Shown here one piece after another: positions 28,802 to 37,557 of a stretch of 64,000 nt of DNA. Location of the stretch: assembly GCA_041752695.1 (NCBI GenBank), contig JBGSVZ010000009.1, forward strand, positions 32,001 to 96,000. Direction: 5' to 3'. The stretch is from Terrimicrobiaceae bacterium. GTDB taxonomy: Bacteria; Verrucomicrobiota; Verrucomicrobiia; Chthoniobacterales; Terrimicrobiaceae. How positions within the stretch are numbered: the first letter of the stretch is position 1; every line of letters begins with the position of its first letter. A model generated the notes under the pieces. It made no database searches, was not told the origin of the DNA, and was given only the letters and a program-made list of their open reading frames with translations. The translations under genes were made by a program, and so were the position numbers.

Positions 28802-29823
28802 AGAAGCGAGGTCATTCGTCATTGGTCATCAGTCATTGGTCATTAGTCATTGCCCTCTTTGGGCTCTGCACCCTCCCTTCCTTGGCGCAGACCCCGCCCG
28901 CCCTGGACACGATCTTCCTGCTCCGCGGCGAAAAGATGGCCGCCAAGGTCGTCGGGATCGAAGGTCCTAATATTCGCGTGCAAAGGGCGCTCCCGCCTCT
29001 CCCCGGCGCACCGGCCTCCGCCACCCCCGTCTTTGCCACTGTCAGCATTGCCCGCGCCGAAGTGGACCGCATCGAGTTTGCGCCCGACGAAGCCCGCGAT
29101 CGCAAGCTTGCCGAAGCCACCGTCGCCCAAATCCCCGAAATCGAACTTCTTTGGAAACGCCACGAAGCCTGGCTCGCCGTCCCCAAGTCTCCCGCCGGTT
29201 CGATCGGACTCGCCTACGGCGACCTCCTCCTGCGCAGCGGCGATCCCGCCAATGCCACCAAGGCCCTCGCCCTCTTCCGTCAGATTGAGACCACGACCTG
29301 GAACGACGACAACCTTATGCTGGCCAAACAGGGCCGCCTCCGCGCCATGGTCGCCACAGGCAATGCGAAGGACGCGGTCAAGGAGGCCGCCGAACTCGCC
29401 AAGCTCTCCGAGGACCCCGCCGTCCTCGTCGAAGCCAACTACATCCTCGCCGAAGCCGCCGATAAAGGCCTCCGCAAACTCATCGCCGAAAACCCGCGCT
29501 GGGAGGAGGACGTCTTTGTCATTCCCGAGCGCCACCGCCTCTACAACGACGCCCTCGACCTCTACCTCCACCCTTACCTTTTCTTCGGCTCCGAGACTGA
29601 TGCCGCCGCGCGCGGACTTTGGGGTGCCACCGGGGTTTACGAATTCACCGGCGACCCGGCCCACGCCGCGGAACTGGCCCGCGACCTTGTTGCCATCTAC
29701 CCCGGCACGAAATACGCCACCCTAGCTCAAAAATTCCTCGATGGCCTGCCGGCGGAGATCCGCCAGCAGGACAACGAAAAAGAAGCCCGCGCCGACGCCG
29801 AACCACCCTCAAAAAAACCATGA
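28798..29823 (+). CDS. Secreted helical/TPR-like hypothetical protein
   Basis: Signal peptide ending SLA-Q; ELARDLVAIYPGTKYA TPR-like end; ATGA overlaps on both sides. Confidence 0.8.
   Translation: MKKRGHSSLVISHWSLVIALFGLCTLPSLAQTPPALDTIFLLRGEKMAAKVVGIEGPNIRVQRALPPLPGAPASATPVFATVSIARAEVDRIEFAPDEARDRKLAEATVAQIPEIELLWKRHEAWLAVPKSPAGSIGLAYGDLLLRSGDPANATKALALFRQIETTTWNDDNLMLAKQGRLRAMVATGNAKDAVKEAAELAKLSEDPAVLVEANYILAEAADKGLRKLIAENPRWEEDVFVIPERHRLYNDALDLYLHPYLFFGSETDAAARGLWGATGVYEFTGDPAHAAELARDLVAIYPGTKYATLAQKFLDGLPAEIRQQDNEKEARADAEPPSKKP
28811..28852 (+). repeat. (GTCATTG)-type heptamer x6 inside a signal-peptide coding region
   Basis: gtcattc gtcattg gtcatca gtcattg gtcatta gtcattg, 42 bp, in frame. 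Confidence 0.88.
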
Positions 29824-30629
29824 AAACCAAACTCCTCATCCTCGCGCTGGCCATTGTCGGTCTGGCGTGCCTCACGCCGGTCTTCGCCCAGGACCAAGCC
29901 GCCGCACCCGCTGCCGAAACCGCCAAGAAGCCGCCGAAGGACAAGACCCTCCTCGACACCTTCAACACCGGTGGCCCGCTCATGTGGCCCATCCTGCTCT
30001 GCTCCATCGGCACCGCCGCCGTCGCCGTCTATTGCTTCCTCCACATCAACGGCAACAAAATGATGCCCAAGTCCCAGGTCGAAGCCGTCGGCCAATACAT
30101 GCAGGCCCGCGACGCCAGCAGCGCCTACTCGCTTTGCCACAACGCGCCCAACGTCTTCTCCACCACCATGGCTGCCGCCCTGCTCAAAGTGAACTTCGAG
30201 AAGGAAAACGCCAACAAAGCGTCCATGGAACAAGCCGCCGGAGAAACCCTCGCCAACGAGGAAACCAAACTCAACCTCTGGGTCAATTATCTCAACGTCT
30301 TCGCCACCATCGGCCCCATGCTCGGACTGCTCGGTACCGTCACCGGCATGATCGCCAGCTTCGACATGCTGGCCGCGGGCAAATCCGAACCCGCCGATCT
30401 CGCCGGCGGCATCGGCGAGGCCATGATCACGACGGCCGGGGGCCTCTTTGTCGGCATCCCCGCCATGTTCCTCTACTTCTTCTTCCGCAACTCCCTCGCC
30501 ATCCAAATGGGAAACATCCAAAAACGTGTCACCTTCATGCTCGACCTCCTCTCCGGCGAATTGAAACTCCAGGGAGCCAGCGCCGAATACGAACAGGCCC
30601 CTGCCTCAGAAACCGCCCCCACCGCCTGA
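29820..30629 (+). CDS. MotA/TolQ/ExbB proton channel protein
   Basis: GGPLMWPI, GPMLGLLGTVTGMI and GIGEAMITTAGGL motifs. Confidence 0.93.
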   Translation: MKTKLLILALAIVGLACLTPVFAQDQAAAPAAETAKKPPKDKTLLDTFNTGGPLMWPILLCSIGTAAVAVYCFLHINGNKMMPKSQVEAVGQYMQARDASSAYSLCHNAPNVFSTTMAAALLKVNFEKENANKASMEQAAGETLANEETKLNLWVNYLNVFATIGPMLGLLGTVTGMIASFDMLAAGKSEPADLAGGIGEAMITTAGGLFVGIPAMFLYFFFRNSLAIQMGNIQKRVTFMLDLLSGELKLQGASAEYEQAPASETAPTA

Positions 30630-30712
30630 ACCTTAAGACGGAAATGCCCTTATCCGTGTTCATCCGTGCAATCCGTGGCCAGTCTCTGCCTGTAGGCTAA
30701 GCCCTTCACCTC

Positions 30713-31120
30713 ATGCGCTTGCACAAAAAACAGGATGAAGAAGTCGGGTTTCAACTCGCCCCGATGATCGACATGACCTTCCTCCTCCTCGTCTTCTTCA
30801 TGGTCACCACGAAGATCTCCAAGGAGCAGGTGAAAATGGAAATCAAACTCCCCCTCGCCAGCAACGCCGTCATCCCCGCCAACCTCGCCGACCGCGACAT
30901 CATTAGCATCGACGCCCAGGGACAGTATTTTGTGGGTCAGAACCCGATGACCAAAAAAGAACTCACCGCCTATATCAAAGAGCGCTTCAAAAATTTTCCA
31001 CCCCTCCGCCTCTACGTCCGCGCCGACAAAAACACCCCCGGCAAACAAATCAAGGAACTCATGAAAATCGCCAGCGAAGCCGGCGCCCTCAACGTCATCT
31101 TCGGAACCTACCAGGACTAA
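30713..31120 (+). CDS. ExbD/TolR family protein
   Basis: LAPMIDMTFLLLVFFMV with the conserved Asp; VRADK. Confidence 0.93.
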   Translation: MRLHKKQDEEVGFQLAPMIDMTFLLLVFFMVTTKISKEQVKMEIKLPLASNAVIPANLADRDIISIDAQGQYFVGQNPMTKKELTAYIKERFKNFPPLRLYVRADKNTPGKQIKELMKIASEAGALNVIFGTYQD

Positions 31121-31122
31121 CG

Positions 31123-31569
31123 ATGCAAATTCGCCGCAAAGACGTTCAGACCGTGGAAATGCAGATGGGCCCCATGATCGACATGGTGTTCCTTCTCCTC
31201 GTTTTTTTCATGGTCACGGCGAAACCCATCAAGCAGGAAAGCGACATCAACCTCGGCCTGCCGGGCACCGTTTCGCAGGAGGAAACCGTCGATATTCCCG
31301 ACGAACAGCGCATCACCATCCGCGCCGACGGACAGGTGATCCTCAACGAACAGCCGATGGATACCATCGCCAGCGAGGAACTCCCCACCCTTCTCGCGAC
31401 CCTCAAACGATTTAAGGAAGCCGCCGACTCCAACAAAAGCGAGGCCCTGATCACCATCCAGGCCGACGACGGCGCGAAACACCAGCGCATCGTCAATGTG
31501 CTCAACGTCTGCGCCAAAGCCAAAATTACCGGCGTGACCTTCGCCGACGACTCCGAGGAGGAAAGCTAA
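31123..31569 (+). CDS. ExbD/TolR family protein (second copy)
   Basis: MGPMIDMVFLLLVFFMV; IQADD. Confidence 0.93.
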   Translation: MQIRRKDVQTVEMQMGPMIDMVFLLLVFFMVTAKPIKQESDINLGLPGTVSQEETVDIPDEQRITIRADGQVILNEQPMDTIASEELPTLLATLKRFKEAADSNKSEALITIQADDGAKHQRIVNVLNVCAKAKITGVTFADDSEEES

Positions 31570-32603
31570 TGCCCGCAGCCGTCGAAAATATCCTCGATGA
31601 AGACGCCCTCGCGAAAAAGCGGAGGCGCAAGCTCATCATCTCCATCATCATCGGCGCCATCGTCCTCCACCTCATCTTCGGTCTGTTCGCCGGCGTCTGG
31701 GTGATCGCGAAGTATTTCATTCCGCCCCCCGCCACTTTTGAAATTCAGAAGGACATTCGTCTCCCCGCCAAACAGCGCGAACACAAGATGAACATGGCCG
31801 CCTTCGACGCCATGACCCCCAAACCCACTTTCAACGACAAAATGCAGAGCCTGCGCCCGGCCCCATTTTCGCTGCCGGAGCTTCCCAAAATGCCCATGGA
31901 CCAGATGCTCCCACTCGACCCGAGTGCCATCATCTCCGACCAGGTCTCCAGCCTGGTCGGCACCGCCGGAACCGGCGGGGGCGGCCAGGGCGCCGGGGGA
32001 CTCGGCGGCGTTGGGACCGGCTTCAGCTTCATGGGCATCAAGTCCCAAGGCAAACGGATCCTCCTGCTTTTCGACGTTTCTTCCAGTGTGACCAACAAGG
32101 CCGCGAAGAGCGGGGTTTCCCTGAAGAAGATTCAGGAAGAGACCGTGGCGCTGCTCAATATGCTGCCCATCAGCTCCCGCTTCGGGATCATCCAGTTCAC
32201 ACAGAACTACAAGGCCTTCAACAAAGAGCTCCTGCCCGCCACCGATCAAAACCGCGACGCCGCGAAAAAGTGGATCGAAGAAGAATGGGTCGACACCGGA
32301 ATGATGTCGGCGTCGAGCAAAGTCACCAGCAACGCCCGTGGCCTCGTCGGCGTCTTCGAACTGGCCGCCAAGATGCAGCCGGACGTGATTTTCCTCATCT
32401 CCGACGGCAGCTTCCAATGGCGGGCCACCGGAAGCCTTTCCGACATCCCGTGGGAAGACGTGAAAAAGATCGTCAAAGGCGACCTCCAGGCGGGCGGCGA
32501 ATGCAAACTCAACTTCATTGGCTTCGAGATGAAGCAGGTCGACCGCTCCGAAATGGGCTCCATCGCACGCTCCAGCGGCGGCAAACTCCGCGAGATTAAA
32601 TAG
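31569..32603 (+). CDS. Single-pass membrane protein with Pro-rich stalk and C-terminal VWA-like domain
   Basis: KKRRRK followed by a TM helix containing His (IVLHLIF); Pro/Gly linker; LLLFDVSSS (DxSxS) and FLISDG. Confidence 0.78.
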   Translation: MPAAVENILDEDALAKKRRRKLIISIIIGAIVLHLIFGLFAGVWVIAKYFIPPPATFEIQKDIRLPAKQREHKMNMAAFDAMTPKPTFNDKMQSLRPAPFSLPELPKMPMDQMLPLDPSAIISDQVSSLVGTAGTGGGGQGAGGLGGVGTGFSFMGIKSQGKRILLLFDVSSSVTNKAAKSGVSLKKIQEETVALLNMLPISSRFGIIQFTQNYKAFNKELLPATDQNRDAAKKWIEEEWVDTGMMSASSKVTSNARGLVGVFELAAKMQPDVIFLISDGSFQWRATGSLSDIPWEDVKKIVKGDLQAGGECKLNFIGFEMKQVDRSEMGSIARSSGGKLREIK

Positions 32604-32740
32604 ATATCAAGGAGAGGGCACATTGAGATGGAGCGACGAACTCCGTCTCGTCCGCCTCTTTCCCAAGACTCGCTCACGCGGAGTGCGAAGCGGAGGCCGT
32701 CCCACCCAAGAGGCTGGAAGCTCTCCAAAAAGTCTACAGA

Positions 32741-32792
32741 TGGAGGGCGGCAGGCCCTTGCCGCCTGGGATGCGAGCGCCCGCATCCCTCCA
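32741..32792. repeat. TGGAG-type REP-like doublet
   Basis: TGGAGGG...CCCTCCA ends with internal palindromes GGCGGCAGG/CTTGCCGCC and GGGATGCG/CGCATCCC; related single units near 32629 and 44381. Confidence 0.6.
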
Positions 32793-32847
32793 GTTTTGCG
32801 TTTTCGGATGGCCGCTGCATCACGGAAAGCATACTGCCCGCCCTACG

Positions 32848-33270
32848 CTATCGTTTTTCCCAGGGATTCAAGAGGGTGACGCCGGTGTGAACAAAGTCCG
32901 CCGTGTTGCGCGTGACCAGAATCATCCCATGCACCAGCGCGGTCGACGCAATCAGCCCGTCTCGAAAGGGTTTCGGATCCGGGACATGCAGGGCCGCGCT
33001 CCGAACCGCCACGCGATCATCCACCACGAGGATGCGATCCTGAAAAGCGAGGCGAACATTGCCCTGCAGCCAGGCCCGCAAGATAGCGCCCTTGCGGGCG
33101 TCACGCCGTTCGGCCAGCAAGACTCCGATCTCCAATTCCTGAAGGGTAATCACAGAAATATACAAAGAGGACGCATCCACGCCATCGGCCCATTTGCGGA
33201 CCTGCCGATCCGCTTTACCACTCCGAATTTTCCGGAGTTCGGAAACGACATTCGTATCCAGTAAAAACAT
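32848..33270 (-). CDS. VapC-family PIN-domain toxin
   Basis: LLDTNVVSELRK, SVITLQEL and DGLIASTALVHGMILVTRNTADF. Confidence 0.93.
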   Translation of the reverse strand: MFLLDTNVVSELRKIRSGKADRQVRKWADGVDASSLYISVITLQELEIGVLLAERRDARKGAILRAWLQGNVRLAFQDRILVVDDRVAVRSAALHVPDPKPFRDGLIASTALVHGMILVTRNTADFVHTGVTLLNPWEKR

Positions 33271-33524
33271 CAGTCCAGCTCCACCGACCGGGCAAGTTCC
33301 CGGGAGAGCGGAACCTCGATCTTGATGTCCTCCGCCCCAGGCATCGCCAGCAAATCGGCAATACTCCGGGTTTTCCCCAAAACTTTCCGGTAGTCCTGAA
33401 TGGACAGAAGCACATGGGCGGGTTTGCCCCGGTCCGTGATAATCACCGGCCCGGTCAGCGCAGCCTTCTTCGCCCGGCTGGTGTCCTGATTAAACGCGCG
33501 GCTGGTCAGCGTGGTGATCGGCAT
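33270..33524 (-). CDS. Phd/YefM-family antitoxin
   Basis: TSRAFNQDTSRAKKAALTGPVIITDRGKPAHVLLSIQDY; coupled to the toxin by TGATG. Confidence 0.93.
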   Translation of the reverse strand: MPITTLTSRAFNQDTSRAKKAALTGPVIITDRGKPAHVLLSIQDYRKVLGKTRSIADLLAMPGAEDIKIEVPLSRELARSVELD

Positions 33525-33541
33525 GTAGCCACATTGCTACA
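33524..33541. promoter_or_regulatory. Putative antitoxin operator TGTAGC-N6-GCTACA abutting the start codon
   Basis: Perfect 6-bp inverted repeat touching the antitoxin ATG. Confidence 0.6.
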
Positions 33542-33611
33542 CAATGAAGCCCTTCGCAACCCGGAAGTGTAAAGGGAAGACCGTTGCGCGCCCTTTTCGC
33601 GGGCAGCCGCC

Positions 33612-34574
33612 CTACAATCCAAGAAGGAAATTAAACGCCTTGTCCTGAAAGCCGGGCAGGCCTTCGTGGCCGAAGTCGGGGTAGATGACCGCGTCTTTTT
33701 TTCCCGAGATGTTGTTATAGACGGCAAACTGGGTGGAGGGCGGACAGATGTTGTCCATCAGAGTGATGGCCAGGAGGCACTCGGCGTTGATGCGGGGCGC
33801 GAGGTTTTTGACGTCGATGTAACCGAGTCGGGAAAAAATTTCCTCCTCGCGTTCGTGGAGGGGATCGAAGTGGCGGAAGAAGGTTTTCAATTCCGCGTAG
33901 GCATCCTTGGCGAGATCCATTTCCCAGACCCGTTTGTAATCGGAGAGAAACGGGAAAACCGAGACGCAGCGTTTGATCTGCGGGACGAGGGAGGCGCAGG
34001 CGATGGCCAAGGCACCCCCTTGCGAACCCCCCATGCAACCCACCCGTTCGGCATCGACTTCGTCGAAGGACAAAACGACGCGGGCAAGCTGGGCGGTGTC
34101 GAGAAAGATGCTACGAAAGAGAAGCTTTTCGGGGGCGTCGTTGAGGCCGCGGATGAAGTGGCCCTGGTGGGTGTTGCCTTTGACCGGGGCGTTGTCTTCA
34201 CTGCGTCCACCCTGACCGCGGCAGTCGAGGGCGGCAACGGCGAGGCCTTCGCCCACGAAGTTCAGTTTGTCCTGCCAGTCACCGCTGTTGCCGGTGTAGC
34301 CGTGGAATTGCAGGACGGCTGGGTGCGGCTTTGCGGCGTTTTTTGGCCGGAGGTATTTAGCGTAGATGCGGGCTCCCCCGACACCGGTGAACCAAAGGTC
34401 GAAAGCCTCGGCGTTGCGGGGCTGGATGGCCTTGCTGGGCTCGAGGACGGGCGCCGGATCGGTGGCATCCAGTTCGGCGAGAGCGGCTTCCCAGTAGGCG
34501 TCAAAATTCCCGGGCCGGGGTGAGATGCCGTAATATTCGCGGAGTTCGTGGAGGGGCTTGTCGAGGGCGGGCAT
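33612..34574 (-). CDS. Acetyl xylan esterase / cephalosporin-C deacetylase (CE7)
   Basis: DCRGQG, GGSQGG, DNICPPST and FGHE motifs. Confidence 0.92.
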   Translation of the reverse strand: MPALDKPLHELREYYGISPRPGNFDAYWEAALAELDATDPAPVLEPSKAIQPRNAEAFDLWFTGVGGARIYAKYLRPKNAAKPHPAVLQFHGYTGNSGDWQDKLNFVGEGLAVAALDCRGQGGRSEDNAPVKGNTHQGHFIRGLNDAPEKLLFRSIFLDTAQLARVVLSFDEVDAERVGCMGGSQGGALAIACASLVPQIKRCVSVFPFLSDYKRVWEMDLAKDAYAELKTFFRHFDPLHEREEEIFSRLGYIDVKNLAPRINAECLLAITLMDNICPPSTQFAVYNNISGKKDAVIYPDFGHEGLPGFQDKAFNFLLGL

Positions 34575-34642
34575 GGGAAGAAATTGCGGAAATTCTGAAA
34601 GGCTGAAACGCTACAGGGAAAAGGCGGAAGGCCGCCGCCGGG

Positions 34643-36094
34643 TCACTTCAGGGCGGCGAGGATCGGTTGTGGGAAGATTCCAAAAACGACAATGGCGGCG
34701 CAAAAAAGGAAGATCAGCGCGGTGCTGAACGAGGAGATCGTGATGGGAGCGGCGTCGTCGGGAGCAGGCTGCCAATACATGGCCATGACGACTTTCAGAT
34801 AATAATAAAAGCCGCAGGCCACGGTGATGGCACCAATGCCGATGAGGACATATTGGCCGCTCTGGTAAGCCGCTTCGAAGATAAGGAATTTGCCGAGGAA
34901 CCCAACCGTGAAGGGCATGCCGGCGAGCGAGATCATGGCCATGAGCAGACCAAAGGCCAGAATCGGGGTGCGGCGGCCAAGGCCGGCGAAGTCAGCGATC
35001 TCATCGCGTCCGGTGACATTCGACACATGCACCACCACAAAGAAGGCGAGGAAGGTCATGAGCAAGTACCCACCGAGGTAGAAGGCAATGGCGGGACCCG
35101 CGTGATCGGACGAAACACTGGCCACGCCAACCAGGAGGTATCCGGCATGTGCGATGCTTGAATACGCGAGTAGGCGCTTGAGATCGTTTTGCGGCAGCGC
35201 GGCGAGGTTTCCGTAAAGGAGCGTGAGAGCGGCGAGGACGACAACCACTGCGATCACTTTATGCTCCATGCTCGGCACGACCAGGAAGGGCTGGATGACT
35301 CGGAGCAGGACGATAAAGCCGGCGGCTTTGGAAGCGACGGAAAGGAAGGCGGTCACCGGCGTCGGCGCACCCTGATAAACGTCAGGCACCCAGAATTGGA
35401 AGGGGGCGGCTGCCACTTTAAAGCCCAGGGCCACCAGCACGAGACCAAGGCCGAAAAGCACGGCCGACTGGAAGCCGATGGGAACGCGCGGAAGCACCTC
35501 CGCCACACCCGCCAGCGAAGTCTGTCCGGTAATGCCAAAAATCCAGGTGATGCCGTAAACAAGGAAACCCGTGGAAAGCGCACCAAGGATGAGATACTTG
35601 ACCCCCGCCTCCAGGCTGGCGCTGTTTCTGCGCATGCTGGCCACGAGGATGTAGAACGTGATCGTGACCAACTCCAGCGAGACGAAGATCATGATGAAAT
35701 CCGCCGCCGAAACCATCCACATCAATCCCGCACAGGCAAAGACCGGCAGGACATAAAATTCGCCAAGCCCGGCCTGCGGCGTCGCCGAGGGGACATAGCG
35801 AAGGTAAACCGGCGCATAGTCCATCGCGAGAATGATCGTGAGGGCGGTGGCCAGAAGCATGAACCGTTTGAAGAACATGCCCAGCGGGTCCATCACATAG
35901 AAGGCGGGGTTTTCCCGCAGTCCGGAGAAGTCCGAGACGAAAAACGAAGCCACAAAAACGAAGCCGAGGCCCAAAACTGCGGGCCAGCCTATGGAGCGTT
36001 TGTCCGCAGAGGGGAAAAACGCATCGGCCATCAGCAGGAAGATGCCGATGACAACGACCAAGACTTCGAGAGTGATGGAAGGAATCTCGATCAT
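34643..36094 (-). CDS. nuoN: NADH-quinone oxidoreductase subunit N
   Basis: EAGVKYLILGA, FKVAAAPFQFWVPDVYQGAP and KRLLAYSSIAHAGY. Confidence 0.95.
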   Translation of the reverse strand: MIEIPSITLEVLVVVIGIFLLMADAFFPSADKRSIGWPAVLGLGFVFVASFFVSDFSGLRENPAFYVMDPLGMFFKRFMLLATALTIILAMDYAPVYLRYVPSATPQAGLGEFYVLPVFACAGLMWMVSAADFIMIFVSLELVTITFYILVASMRRNSASLEAGVKYLILGALSTGFLVYGITWIFGITGQTSLAGVAEVLPRVPIGFQSAVLFGLGLVLVALGFKVAAAPFQFWVPDVYQGAPTPVTAFLSVASKAAGFIVLLRVIQPFLVVPSMEHKVIAVVVVLAALTLLYGNLAALPQNDLKRLLAYSSIAHAGYLLVGVASVSSDHAGPAIAFYLGGYLLMTFLAFFVVVHVSNVTGRDEIADFAGLGRRTPILAFGLLMAMISLAGMPFTVGFLGKFLIFEAAYQSGQYVLIGIGAITVACGFYYYLKVVMAMYWQPAPDDAAPITISSFSTALIFLFCAAIVVFGIFPQPILAALK

Positions 36095-37557
36095 GGCCGG
36101 ATCAACGCCGGAGCGACGTAGTTGATAAGAAGTTGCGGAAAGAATCCGAAGAGCAGGAGCAGCACAAGGAGGCCCACCACGCAAAGACGCGGCAACGTGG
36201 CAATTTCGGCCAGCGATTTCCAGCGGTCACTGATCGGACCCATAAAAATGCGGCGATAGGCGCGAAGCATGTAAACGGCGGAAATCACCACGCCCCAAAC
36301 CGCGATGACGGTGGCAATTTGGAAATTGTTAAACCCGCTGCCCACCGGCGCTCCGGCGGAGAAGGCCCCGAAGAACACCATCAGTTCGCCGGCGAAGTTG
36401 GCAAAGCCAGGCAGACCAATGGAGGCCATGGCGGCGAACCCGAAGAGGAGGCCAAAGGAGGGCATCACCTTAGCCAGACCGCCGAGTTCGGAAAATTCCA
36501 GCGTGCCGGTGCGTTCACGAAGTTCGCCGGACAGGGCAAAAAGCGCCGCGACCGAAAGCCCGTGCGCGACCAACATCAGGGCGGCCCCCGTGAGGCCGAG
36601 GGTCGTCCAGGAAAGGATACCGAGGAAGATGTACCCCATGTGCATCACGCTCGAATAACCAAGCATGAGATCCAGCTTGCGCTGCGAGATGGTGGCGAGG
36701 CCGATGTACAAGATATTGCCCAGAAGGAGGACCAGAAGAAGGGTGTTAAACTGCTCCGCGACATGTGGCGGAAAGACGGGAGTGACGAGGCGCAGGATGC
36801 CGTAGAGGCCGAACTTTTTCAACACGCCCGCATGCAGCATCGCGGCCGGAGCGGGGGCCGACGCGTAAGCCTGGGGGGCCCAGGTGTGAAAGGGAAAGAG
36901 CGAAACAAGAATGCCGAAGCCGAAGAAAAGCAGGAGATACACCACGCCCGACGGGTGCATTGCGCCGGATTGGGCCATTTCCTGGATGGCGCGCATGTCG
37001 AACGAGCGGGCCCCCACGGGCATGCTCAGGTAAAGGCCGATCAAGCCAATCAGCAGAATGAAACTCCCGAAGGCGAGATAGATGGTGATCTTCCACGCGG
37101 CCGCCCGGCGGTCCCCGGAACCCCAGATCCCGATGAGCAGGAAGGTCGGGATGAGCGCCAACTCATGGAACATATAAAAGAAGAACGCGTCCACCGAGAC
37201 AAAGGCGCCGATGGCCCCGGCCGAAATGAAGAGGAGCGAAGCGTAGAACCAATTAGCGTTGGTCTGCGGGCTGCGGGCGACACACACGGCTGCCAGCGTG
37301 ACCGCGGTGGCGAGCAGGAGCATGGCGATGCTAAGGCCGTCGGCTCCGAGAGTAAACGCGATGCCGAGTTCCGGCAGCACAGGATAGGTGCTGAGGAATT
37401 GGAAACCCGCCTCCGGTTTGCACATGCCAAAGAAGGCAATGGCCCCGAGAAAATTCAGGACGGCGGCAAAAATGGCGGTCTTGCGCGGGTTTGGTCCGGT
37501 GATGACGAAGGCCGCACCAACGATGGGAATGAGAATCAGGCCAATCAGTGGGCTCAT
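36091..37557 (-). CDS. nuoM: NADH-quinone oxidoreductase subunit M
   Basis: ELALIP, FPFHTW, GYSSVMHMG and GLPGFANFAGE; operon position. Confidence 0.93.
   Translation of the reverse strand: MSPLIGLILIPIVGAAFVITGPNPRKTAIFAAVLNFLGAIAFFGMCKPEAGFQFLSTYPVLPELGIAFTLGADGLSIAMLLLATAVTLAAVCVARSPQTNANWFYASLLFISAGAIGAFVSVDAFFFYMFHELALIPTFLLIGIWGSGDRRAAAWKITIYLAFGSFILLIGLIGLYLSMPVGARSFDMRAIQEMAQSGAMHPSGVVYLLLFFGFGILVSLFPFHTWAPQAYASAPAPAAMLHAGVLKKFGLYGILRLVTPVFPPHVAEQFNTLLLVLLLGNILYIGLATISQRKLDLMLGYSSVMHMGYIFLGILSWTTLGLTGAALMLVAHGLSVAALFALSGELRERTGTLEFSELGGLAKVMPSFGLLFGFAAMASIGLPGFANFAGELMVFFGAFSAGAPVGSGFNNFQIATVIAVWGVVISAVYMLRAYRRIFMGPISDRWKSLAEIATLPRLCVVGLLVLLLLFGFFPQLLINYVAPALIRP

Noticed and set aside
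26807..28822. 671-aa minus-strand ORF, and similar long antisense ORFs (15953-17785, 36133-37575, 57750-59465, 62312-63802)
   Set aside because: Shadow frames of well-supported genes in high-GC DNA, with no recognisable motifs.
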